Below are positions 1 through 10,300 of a DNA stretch of 64,000 bases, piece after piece (the stretch's first letter is position 1; each line of letters begins with the position of its first letter). The notes below the pieces were generated by a model that searched no databases, was not told the origin of the DNA, and saw only the letters and a list, made by a program, of their open reading frames with translations. Position numbers and translations under genes: made by a program. The stretch comes from an uncultured Spirochaetota bacterium (GTDB lineage: Bacteria; Spirochaetota; Spirochaetia; SZUA-6; Fen-1364). The DNA is taken from the NCBI GenBank assembly GCA_963734545.1, contig CAVTHO010000004.1, positions 160,001-224,000 of the forward strand, in the 5' to 3' direction.

Positions 1-97
1 GCTTTTTCCATTTCGCCATGTTTCGATCTTATTCGCTATCGGTCTTACGGCAAAGCCATCAGGACATAACCACCGCCATAGGCGGTGGGCTGCTAAG
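1..97 (-). mobile_element. Probable left end of an IS200/IS605-family element (subterminal hairpin plus first codons of tnpA running off the window)
   Basis: Perfect hairpin CCACCGCC-ATA-GGCGGTGG at 70-88. Minus-strand ATG at 19 reads M-A-K-W-K-K, resembling N-termini of IS200 Y1 transposases as I recall them. Only 6 codons are visible. Confidence 0.5.
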
Positions 98-269
98 ATT
101 TCATAAAATGTGCTTAATGAGAATCCCATGGACTACTCTCCACAGCCTCCCTATCTACCGCACTTACTGCAATTGCCCTCTATTCCTTTGAAGCATCGGG
201 CAGTATCATGCTTGTATATGTCATTGGAGCCGTGCATGCTTCGCAGAATGCCACACGGGGAAATCGTCG

Positions 270-1865
270 ATGTCTGATCCGATGGCAATAGCCGACGTCT
301 CTCGGCGGTCCCTGAAACACAAGGCCGATCAGGCGCAGCGCAGCTCTTTAGGCCAGTTCTTCACCCCGCCCCTCATTGCTCGACTCATGGCCTCCATGAG
401 CTCGCTCTCACGCGAATCCATTCGCTTTCTGGATCCGGGCGCGGGATCAGGCGCGCTCACCGCGGCGTGGGTCGCAGAGGTCTGCTCGCGCGCTGAACGG
501 CCCCATGAGCTTACCCTCGTAGCTGTGGAGATCGATGAGAGCCTCAACCCTCAACTTGAACAGACACTCAAGGCATGCGAGCGTTCCTGTGCGGCGGTCG
601 GGATTCGCTGCCACTGGGAGATTCGCCTTGAGGATTTCATCACCATGGCGGTGCATTCACTCGATGTGGACCTCTTCCGCGCTGAGCTGAGCAAGTTCGA
701 CGTGACAATTCTCAATCCGCCCTATAAGAAGCTTCGAAGCGAGTCAACGAGTCGGGGCCTTTTGCATCGGCTGGGAATCGAGACGAGCAATCTGTATACC
801 GCCTTCGTCTCCCTCGCGCTGCTTCTCTTGAACGATGGCGGCGAGCTCGTCGCCATCACCCCACGAAGCTTCTGTAACGGCCCCTACTTTCGCCCCTTCC
901 GCAAGCTTCTGCTGCACCACGCCAATCTCACCCACGTTCGTCTCTTTGAGACCCGCAATCAGGCGTTCCGCGATGATAAGGTGCTCCAGGAGAACGTGAT
1001 CCTTCGAGCAGCGAAAGGCGTTCAGCAACAATCGCACCTGCTCATCTCCCAGGCTCGATCCCCCGAGGACCCTCACCTCATCCAGAACTCCGTTCCCTTC
1101 AACCAAGTACTGAAAAGGGACGATCCTCAGGCCTTCTTCCACCTGGTCATCGATGATGAAGGCCACGCAGTGGCACGTTCAGTTGAATCACTGCCTTGCA
1201 CGCTCTCCGATCTACAGATGACGGTGAGCACGGGGCGCGTCGTTGATTTCCGCGCCAGGCAGTGGCTACGCATGCAACCTTCCGCGCAAACCGTGCCGCT
1301 TATCTACCCTGCGCACTTTCACGAGGGCAGCGTCGTGTGGCCCAAGCCTGAGAACCGCAAGCCCAACGCAATCCTTTTCGACCAGGAAAGCTCTTCTCTC
1401 ATGGTACCCACGGGTCCCTACGCCCTGGTCAGGCGCTTCTCCTCCAAGGAAGAACGCCGACGCGTGGTCGCCGCCCTCTTTGATCTCTCCCCTTCGTCAT
1501 TCTCCGTGGTGGGCTTCGAGAACCACGTCAACTACTTCCACCATGACGGCAAGCCCTTGGAACGGCTGCTCGCCAAGGGACTCGTGGCATTCCTCAACTC
1601 TACCCTTGTGGATGTCTACTTCCGCCAGTTCAACGGGCACACCCAGGTGAATGCACAAGATCTCAAAGCCTTGCGCTACCCCGATCGGAATGCTTTAATC
1701 GCACTTGGTCGTCGTCTGGGAGACATACTTCCCGAACAGGACGCTCTTGATTTGCTGGTAGAGGAAGTCATCAGGCCAAATGAGAGTAAGCATTCAGAAA
1801 CGCCGCATCGAAGAGGCCAAACAGATCCTGCTGGCTATGGGGTTGCCCAAAGAACAGCAAAATGA
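270..1865 (+). CDS. N6-adenine DNA methyltransferase, BsuBI/PstI (Eco57I-like) type II R-M system
   Basis: GQFFTP, motif I FLDPGAGSG, catalytic NPPY, then ITPRSFCNGPYF, STGRVVDFR, RRFSSKEERRR and RQFNGHTQVNA. Overlaps the endonuclease start. Confidence 0.92.
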   Translation: MSDPMAIADVSRRSLKHKADQAQRSSLGQFFTPPLIARLMASMSSLSRESIRFLDPGAGSGALTAAWVAEVCSRAERPHELTLVAVEIDESLNPQLEQTLKACERSCAAVGIRCHWEIRLEDFITMAVHSLDVDLFRAELSKFDVTILNPPYKKLRSESTSRGLLHRLGIETSNLYTAFVSLALLLLNDGGELVAITPRSFCNGPYFRPFRKLLLHHANLTHVRLFETRNQAFRDDKVLQENVILRAAKGVQQQSHLLISQARSPEDPHLIQNSVPFNQVLKRDDPQAFFHLVIDDEGHAVARSVESLPCTLSDLQMTVSTGRVVDFRARQWLRMQPSAQTVPLIYPAHFHEGSVVWPKPENRKPNAILFDQESSSLMVPTGPYALVRRFSSKEERRRVVAALFDLSPSSFSVVGFENHVNYFHHDGKPLERLLAKGLVAFLNSTLVDVYFRQFNGHTQVNAQDLKALRYPDRNALIALGRRLGDILPEQDALDLLVEEVIRPNESKHSETPHRRGQTDPAGYGVAQRTAK

Positions 1866-2730
1866 GAGGGCCGCCCTCAGGCTACTCGCGCTTGCCAATC
1901 TGCCACCGCAAAAGCCCTGGCACCAAGCAGAGGCACCCCTTCAGGGCGTAACTCCCATCATGGAGTTTGTCGCCAAGCACTACAAAAAGCTCTGGAAGCC
2001 AAACACTCGCGAGACCGTCCGCAGGTTCACCTTGCACCAATTCGAGCAGGCAGGGCTTGTCATCGCGAATCCCGATGAGCCGACGCGCCCCAGGAACAGC
2101 CCGCTGTTCTGCTATCAGATCGAAGCTAATGTTCTCAAGCTCCTCCATACTTACGGAACCCTCGAATGGGAGCCGACCCTTCGCCAATACCTCGCTGACT
2201 CTCAGACACTTGCTCAACGCTACGCCCAGGCGCGCGAGATGCGTCGTATTCCCCTCGCACTTGGTCGTGGAGAGACAATCAGACTCTCTCCTGGTGGCCA
2301 GAACACTCTGGTCAAGAAAATCGTTGAGGAGTTCTGCTCACGCTTCACACCAGGGGCCAAGCCGGTCTATGTCGGGGACACGGGAGAGAAGTGGGCCTAT
2401 TTCGATGAAGAGTATCTGAAAGGACTTGGCGTCTCCCTCGAGGAGCACGGGAAAATGCCTGACCTGGTGATCCACTTCACTCAGGAGAACTGGCTTGTCC
2501 TGATCGAAGCGGTCACCAGCCATGGCCCCATCAGCCCCAAGCGGCTTGCAGAGTTGAAGGTCTTGTTCGCGGCCAGCAAACCAGGCCTGGTGTTTGTCAC
2601 CGCATTCCTGGACAGACACACTCTGCTGAAATACATCCATGACATCGCTTGGGAGACCGAGGTCTGGGTGGCAGACTCACCCGACCACATGATTCATTTC
2701 AACGGTCAGCGTTTCCTCGGACCGTATTAA
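1780..2730 (+). CDS. BsuBI/PstI family type II restriction endonuclease
   Basis: PNTRETVRRFTLHQF, LSPGGQN, YVGDTG, HGKMPD...LIEAVTSHGP (PD-ExK-like), IAWETEVW and HMIHFNGQRFLGPY; adjacent to the cognate MTase. Confidence 0.93.
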   Translation: MRVSIQKRRIEEAKQILLAMGLPKEQQNERAALRLLALANLPPQKPWHQAEAPLQGVTPIMEFVAKHYKKLWKPNTRETVRRFTLHQFEQAGLVIANPDEPTRPRNSPLFCYQIEANVLKLLHTYGTLEWEPTLRQYLADSQTLAQRYAQAREMRRIPLALGRGETIRLSPGGQNTLVKKIVEEFCSRFTPGAKPVYVGDTGEKWAYFDEEYLKGLGVSLEEHGKMPDLVIHFTQENWLVLIEAVTSHGPISPKRLAELKVLFAASKPGLVFVTAFLDRHTLLKYIHDIAWETEVWVADSPDHMIHFNGQRFLGPY

Positions 2731-2908
2731 GAGCGGCGAAGCGACAAGGGTCGCTCCACCACCGTTGGACGCGCCGGGCTTCGGTTTCTGTACGCGCCTC
2801 CACTCGGCGCCGTCCTTGACGCCTCGCTCCAGCGCTACAGAAAGCCCTCCGCTATGTCCCGCACTGTCAGGGACGGTCGCATCCCAGCGCCGACAGCCCG
2901 GGCAGGAA

Positions 2909-2934
2909 GTAGACAGAAACACCTTTCTGTCTAC
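2909..2934. repeat. Perfect 11-bp stem hairpin in the convergent intergenic region
   Basis: GTAGACAGAAA-CACC-TTTCTGTCTAC. Confidence 0.75.
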
Positions 2935-3065
2935 CCGAGGGGCGGCCGAGCGACACACGTGCCCGCCGGTCAGATTATCAATCGGCCGACCCTGGACGCC
3001 TGCGGCGAGGGCAAGGATGCCCGAGGCGTCTCACCGAACGAAGGCCGCCCCGAAGGGCGCGCGGA

Positions 3066-3171
3066 GGGCTTGAGTTCAGCGCATACTTCTCATAATGGCG
3101 GCCATTATGGGAAGTAGCGCGGTGCTCCCTGGAGACGCGCCAGCGGCTCCACCCAGGCAGAACTCAAGCCC
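3066..3171. repeat. Nested inverted repeats enclosing a dif/lox-like palindrome
   Basis: Outer IR GGGCTTGAGTTCAGC (3066-3080) / GCAGAACTCAAGCCC (3157-3171), 14/15 match. Inner palindrome TACTTCTCATAATGG-CGG-CCATTATGGGAAGTA (3084-3116). Confidence 0.75.
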
Positions 3172-3245
3172 GTAGCCGCTTCCTGCACGGGGCGGAACGC
3201 GCTGGCGGCTGCCAACAGGAAGCGCTGCGCGGTCACCCGCACGCA

Positions 3246-4372
3246 TCACTCCCAGCGCTCTTCGAATGCGGGATCCTTCGCCTTCGCTTCCGCAATCTTC
3301 TGTTTCCACAAGCCTTTCAGTCCCTTGTTGTTCCACAGAAGATCAACGGTTTCGTACTCCTTGAGCGGAGAGGCTTTCTTCAGATCGATGTCCAGCAGAT
3401 AGATCTCGATCTTTCCTTGTTTCAGCACTTCGAAATACAGCCCCTCCTGTCCCAGGTAATAGGAGAAGGACAACGCGGGCATGTGATCCGATTCGTCCAT
3501 GCCGTGCCACACGGAGTAGAGCGCGTCTTCCTTCAGGTCGTAGATGAGAACATTCCATCGCGACGGATTCCTTGGGACAGTGATTATTGGGTCATTCATT
3601 ATCGACTGGTAGAGAACGAGGAACACGAAGTTCTGGTCTACAACCGACTGGAGAGTTTTCACCTCAGCGACTATTGGGAGGTACGCCCCAGTGAAGGGCA
3701 GGATGAAATCTGTCAAGACCGACTTGTCGGACCTCGAGTAAACCCGGAGCTCCGTGTCACGCATAGCCCCCATGTAGGGCAACTTTGACTCTGTCGGTTG
3801 AAAACGCGATAACAAGATCAGATTTGCACCAGCATCAAGATCCTTGGGGTTCAGAGATGTAATAGACGTCCGGGTCTCTGCCTTCAGCTGAATACACCCA
3901 GCTTCGCTCCGTATCAATTCGCATGATCCCGTCATTGTGACTACGCAGATTCCTGTAGAAGCCAAATACCTTTTCTCGACGATATGTCCTGAAGTCCGTG
4001 ACCCTATCTGTCTTAACCGCCTTTGTCTTCTTGTCGTAGCGAAAAACCTCATACGAAGGTTCCTTGTTTCCACCACTCCCATAGTAGGGGTAGAAGTACA
4101 ACGACGACTCATCATCATTGGTGAGGCGTGGAAAGGAGTATCCTTGAATGTCCTCAAACCGGAAAGGACCCCTGTCGCTCAGCGGAATCGTCGTGATAGG
4201 CTTCGCCACAACCGCCTGCGCGAACAGCGTCTTTGGCATGTGAACGTCCGTGCGACCCTTTGAACACCTCTTCATACAGCGAACTCAGGTTGCCTCCCTG
4301 CGCGTTCGCCAACAGAATCGGGAGCATCAACAAGAACAGCACGATGATGGGCTGAGTTCTCCTGTTTGCCAT
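3246..4372 (-). CDS. Exported hypothetical protein (~375 aa, 2 frameshifts), putative immunity protein of the upstream giant protein
   Basis: GGGGAG RBS, and ATG 9 bp after the giant gene stop. Signal peptide MANRRTQPIIVLFLLMLPILLANA. Joins ORFs 4154-4372, 3835-4275 and 3246-4157 via shifts at ~4250 and ~3855. Aromatic- and beta-strand-rich, visibly lower GC. Immunity role is inferred from position. Confidence 0.6.
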
Positions 4373-4381
4373 TTGACTCCC

Positions 4382-7300
4382 CTATCGGCCACCAAGCAGT
4401 GATGTGTCCCACCAAGGCTTGATCCGACCGAAGTTGGTGCCGCCACCGTTGAACTGATTCCGCCACCCGCTGAAATACCTGTTGTCCAAAAGCCAGTTGG
4501 AGTAACTGTCATTCAGCACGGAGGCGCTTTGCCAATTCCCGAGACTATTCGCTCTTGGCCCCGCTTCGTAGAGTGTTCCGTCAACTTCTTTCTGCGGTGC
4601 ACTGTGGATCAGGAGGTTCTGACCTTGGTCGTCGACCCCATAGAATCCGATGTGCATGTTTCCAGGAGGGCCGAGGAATACCAGGTCCCCAACCTGCGGA
4701 GCCGCCACCGGGTCAATCCGCGTGTCGTAGGACGTCAGGTACACCCCGCTGGCCTGCTTTGCTCTCACTCGCTCTGCCCACGACTCAGGCAATCCATAGT
4801 CGAAGTCGGCAAGCAAGGCGTTCTGCATGGAGCCCGTTTCTCCTTTGAGCCTTGCTGCAAGCGCGTTGCTGTAATCCTTCGATGAGCTGTCGAGCGCCCG
4901 CTTGTTGATCATTCCGCGGTATGACTGCCCTTCCTCCAGGGCACCGGCGGCATATGCCACAAGGTCAACGTACCCCACGCAGTCCAGCGAGGGAACACTC
5001 CCGTTGGTATCCTTCCAGCGATATAGTTCTGCATTAGGTGCTTGTCCTTCTTGAGGGAACCATCCGGTCACCGCCTTGCCGTACCCACGTTCGACAGTGT
5101 TCGAGTTCGCCCAATATGAGGCACCCGGTGTCTTGCCCTCCTCCGATCCACTTCTATCGTAGTTGATATTCAGGTACTCGCCCGTGTAAGTCAGCGCCAC
5201 ATCATTAATCAGGTTCCCGAACGGATTGTCGTAGCGAGCACTTCCCTCACCGGAAGCGAGGTTCGCCAAGAACAGCGCGCCAGAAAGACCGTCGAATCCG
5301 TCGCTCCCCCGGAAAGCGTTTGTCGTGTACTGGAGCATATCGTGACTGTACATGCTGCCGGCGACCGAGTCCTTCGAGTCCTTCAATGCCTCCCTAAGCC
5401 CGTTCACCAAAGCGAAGGCGTCGCCGTAGTCCTTATTCGACAGAACACCCGAGGTAAACGTGCTTAACTTCTCGTTGCCTGCAAGAAGCGCGAACGACCC
5501 CTCACCATTCACCAGATAGCTCCACAACTTGTTGGATTCCTTGTTGATGCTCCCGATCGCTTGGTCGTTCTGCACTGCTGCCAGCTTCAATAGATCCATC
5601 TCCGCCGCGTGCTCGTATTGCCGTTGACCGACTGTCTTCCCTTCACTGGCGATCTGCGCTGACGCAATATAGCCGAACCCACCGGCCCCGAACTTCTGCA
5701 GCATCCCTGCGCTCCAGGCCATCCCGGTTTCCTCGTATCCCTTCCCTGTCACGCCGAATGCCTGCATCAGGTCCGCGTAGGCGCTGATGCCGCCCATCTT
5801 CGCCTCAAACTCCCCTTTCCCGCCAAGATGTACTCCCTCATGAGCGAACAATGACGCGACCTGCGCCGCCCCTTCGATGCCGCCTCCAAGAAGCTTCGCA
5901 TTTATGCCGATGCTGTTGCTGCCTTCGGCATATGCCAAAGCCTTCAAGTCCTGCTCGGTTATGCCTGCAGTAGAGGCATCATAGTAGCTGACATTCTTCT
6001 GCCCTGCCCAAATCGCCTTTGCAATCTCGTAGTTTCCGCTGTTTTGTGTGTACCCCATCATGTTGATCGCGTTCAGCGTCGAAATGCCCCGCTGGTCGCC
6101 GAACGCTGCACTCGCTTTCGCCCCTGTAATCTTCAGAGTATCCTTGAGCCCGCTCATGCTCGCCGCGCACTGGTTCCCAGGCTCACATTCGTCCCGTTGC
6201 TTCCGAAGTTCATCCCAAATCCGCGGCTACCTCCAAGGTGCATTTCCATCAGCCCGTAGCTCTTGCTGCCGCCGAAGTCGGCGAAGTTCATCACATTCAA
6301 CGTCGCCTCGTTAGTGATCCCATACTGGATCCCCGTCGAAGTCAGGCCACCGGCGAGGCTATTGAAGCTCTCGATGCTCTTTCTGTTGAATACTTTCCCG
6401 CTGAGGTCGACATCGTTTCCGTCGTAGAGGTTCCAGTTTCCAAGCCCAGTGTTTACCGCTGCACCGCCTGCAGCTCCCGCCACGCTCGCCCATGCTCCCG
6501 TTCCAAACGACCCCTGCATGAAGCTATTCGTGTCCCACCCCAGCTTGCCGTCAGTCCAGTTGAACGCGTTGATCGCGCTCGTTGCCGTGTTCGTCGTGAA
6601 CGTCTGCGCCCCCGCAAGCAGCGCTTTGCCCACTCGCCCCCTTGCCGAAGCTTCCCAGCGCTCCTGTCAGCCCTGTCTTTGCGAACCCCTCCCCGACGTT
6701 AAACCCGTTGAACACTCCCCCTATTGTACTGGTCACCGTAGCTGGTCAGGAAGCTCTTCCCGATATCTAGCCCCGCCTCTTCCCAGCTCTTGTACCCGTA
6801 GGCCACATCCAGCGCGTCAAAGAGCACCGTGCTCGATGTGCTGATCGCCGCAGCAGCAGCTATCCCCGCTATCCCCCCGATCCCTCCTGTAGCCACGGTG
6901 GCCACTATCCCCGCAGCTATCGTGCCCACACTCCTCAGGCTGGGCGCCTTGAACCAGCTTCCCGTGTCGTCCCACAGCGGCTTATCCCACCGAGGGGCCG
7001 CCATCTCCGTCCACCCGCGGCTCTCCCTCATCTCGTTCCAGATGAAGTCCCCCATCAGCCGCCCCAACTCCCCCTTGCCGCTGACGATGATGTTTCGCCT
7101 CTGCGACTTGTCGAAGTCAGGCTCATCCGTGAACTCGGGCGCGTACCCTATCCAGGCCCCAAACTCCCCTTCCCCCATCTCCTTGCTGATGTCCCGCTTC
7201 TCTGCCCTGAAGCTCACCACCAGCCCCTTGGCCTTCTTCTCCGCCTGGCTCAGCTCCTTGCCCTCTCCGAAGATCCTCTTCTGCGCTGAGCCCACCTCCT

Positions 7301-10300
7301 CCTGCGCCGCTCCCACCAGGTCCATCACTGCGCCCGCGTCCAGCCCGCTCAGTCGACTCTGGCTCAGGTCCACCTTCAACTGCAGCGCGGGCATCGCGTA
7401 CCACACGTACCCCCCGACGCGCAGATTCTCGCTCACGATGTCGAAGAACAAGCTCCGCATGATCGTCTCTCGCTCGTACACCCCTCCGCTCTTCGCGTAG
7501 CCCGCATCGCCAAAGGTGGTGTCCATGCTCGTCTCAAAGCCCTCGTTGGCCTGCTTCACGCTCTCCGCTAGCGCTTCCTTCGCATCCTCCACGCTCGCTC
7601 GGGCATCATCGGCCAGCCCTCGCGCTGCCAACGCCGACAGCTCGCTCCTGCTCTGCGCTACAAACCTCCTCGCCTCTGCCGCGATCCTCGCCCCCGAGGT
7701 GTCTACTGACAACCCCGCACGCGCCACCACCACTTCTCCTGACCCGATCCCTGCATTCATCCGCCTCAGCGCGCTCAGAGCCTCGGCGCTTCCCACCTCT
7801 CCCAGAAGCCCCTCCACAGCAACCGTGGCCTCTTTCGCGTCATAGCTCATCCCGCTCACCAGCAGCGTGCCCGCGTTCCGCGTGCTGTCCTCTGCGCTTG
7901 CTCCCACCTCAGACAGTATCGCCTCGTTGCCTGCCTGCGCCGCCTTCTCCCTCGTGGCCGCCACCCAGGCAAGCTTGCTCTCTCCCATGTTCAGGTAGGC
8001 CTGCCTCCACGCTTCACTCTTGTCCCCATACTCCTGCTGGAAGCCCTGCCTCCACTGCACAAGCGCCCGGCCCAGCTTCTCCTGGCTGCTCGCCCATGCG
8101 CTTGCTGCCTTGGCCCTCACCAGCCCCACCTGTGCGTACCACCCCTGCCGCCTGTCTCCAAGGTCCTGCACTGACTGGGCCCAGGACTGCTCGGACTCTG
8201 CGCCGCGCGCATCCAGGGCGCCCGCGTACGTGGAAAGCACTGACTGCGCGTACTTCTGCAGAGCCGCCATCCGGGCCTGGGTCTCCGCCGCGTTCAGGAG
8301 TACCCCGCCGGAGAATGAGGCCGCATCCAGCACATTGCTTGAAAGTTCGTGTTCCGCCCTGGCAACCCACTGGGCGTTCTTATAAGCCTGCGAGGCGGCT
8401 GACACAAACGCATCTTTGCCTTGCCGTGCCGGCAATGTACGCGTCGTAGGCGGCCCGATACTCCTGTTGGGCCGTTGCCACCCGGGTCCTCGCGCTGACC
8501 AGGGCGCTGCTGACCTTCTGCTCGGCAGCGGACGTGTCGAGGCCGGCAAACAGCGTCATCCTTGACAGGGCTTTGCTGAAGGAAGACTTGTCCTCAGGCT
8601 TCAGTTGTGCCCAACTTGCATCGAATTGGGCCAGGAGCTCCACGGGTATGTCGACCTTGTCCGCGGCAATTCCCTGACGCTCGCCGGCGACCTTCTTGTA
8701 CTGATCGATGAATGAGGTGAGAGAATCGAGAGATTCACCGTTGCTCCCCTGCAGCTCGGTGAGACGCGCCCAGGCAGCATTGTAGACCTTTGTCGGACTT
8801 ATCGTGTTCTGAACCTTGGCGCCATCATTCAGGCTTCTGAGGCTTGAGACCACGTTGCCTATCTCGTCCCTGATCCTTTCTGCGGCGTTTCTGTCGCTTC
8901 TACTGCCCATGATACCGGGCAAAGATGCCGTGATCTCTGGCAAGTCTCCTGTAGTGCTGATACCGCCTTTCAGCCAGGTCCCACATGCGGCTGAAAATTC
9001 TTTCAGATGTCCTTGACTCGAACTGGCTGGAGGTGTTGGTGCTCTTTCCTCCCGCCATCCGCATCGCAAAGTACAGCTCGAATGCTTCCTTTTCCTCAGC
9101 ATTCGCCATGACTGACTCGTAGCGCGCCTGATCGAGGGAAACAGCTTCGGCAATGTAGGCCTGCACGTCGCTGCTATGGTTTTCACCTGCTATCTCCAGA
9201 CGGAGCCACTTACCGGACGATCTGACGAAACTGTTGTTGCTGGCGTAGCCCGAGAGAAGGCCCCGTATGTCGGCGTCCACATTCGAATCGTATAGCCGTC
9301 TCTTCAGCCAATCCGCCGCGAAGCCCCACCTGTTGATGAGACTATCCATTCCGCCAGACTGCGCGGCAAGCTTTTCCACTGAAGCGACCCACGAGCTGAG
9401 CTTGAAGCTCGAAAGAGCTCCTCTCCGCTCCGTCCTGAAGCGCCTGCTCCTTCTGGAAAAAATCCCTGACTTCCTGGACAGATTCCTCGCTTCCCTGGGA
9501 CGTCAGAACAAACGAGTCATCGATGTCCAGCACGAGCTTTCCATTTCGCACCTTGAGGTAGCTCGACCATGAGCTGGCCCGGTCCGAGGCATCGAAATCT
9601 TTCAAGCCGCCAAGGGCTGCATCGCGGTCTAGAACTTCGCCGCGCGTTTTCTGGAGAGCTTCGTAGAGATCTTGAGCCTTCTTGGCCTGCGCCTCTGTGG
9701 CCAGCGCAAGATCACCGGTCACGCGCTCGAGCCGCATAAACGCGGTGTACTTCTGCTTCCATGCGTCGTACGCTGCCAGAGTGGCGGCGTCTTCAATCGG
9801 CCGTTCCGCTACAGCCTCTGCCCCGAAGAGCCCGGTCAGCGCGTCCTTTGCCGCAGTTGCGCGGACGAGCTGGTCAGCAGCTTCTTTCTGGCGCTCGGCA
9901 GGGCTCTGGTAGTCCGCGGCCACCTCACCGCTTGCTGCCAGATAGCCGCTTGCCGCCCAGTCCTGGATTTCCTCCCGTGCGCGCAGATCGAACCGGGCCT
10001 GTTCCAGGCTGTCGCTGGCGTCCTGCAGATCCGCCAGGAGCGCATTGATGATTGTCCAATGTCTTCGAACTCCGCCAGGGCAGTGTCCACGGCAGACTGC
10101 CCGGCCTGCACGTGCCCGCGGAGACCTTCCATGGCAGCCTGGAGAGATTCGAGCTGCGCCTGGCGTTCCTCGGCCCCGAGGTCCAGGAATGCAAGAGCCT
10201 GGCCCGAACGGCTGATGTCTTCCTTGAGACTGTCAATCCTTGCAAGGGCGGATCGAAAGCTCGCCTCGTCTGCGTCCAATGAAGAGACGGCGGCCGCAGG

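Noticed and set aside
40-100. Possible c-di-GMP-I riboswitch (GGCAAAGCC...hairpin)
   Set aside because: Lacks the GNRA-capped stem and receptor arrangement; the hairpin plus a MAKWKK start fits an IS200-type end better.
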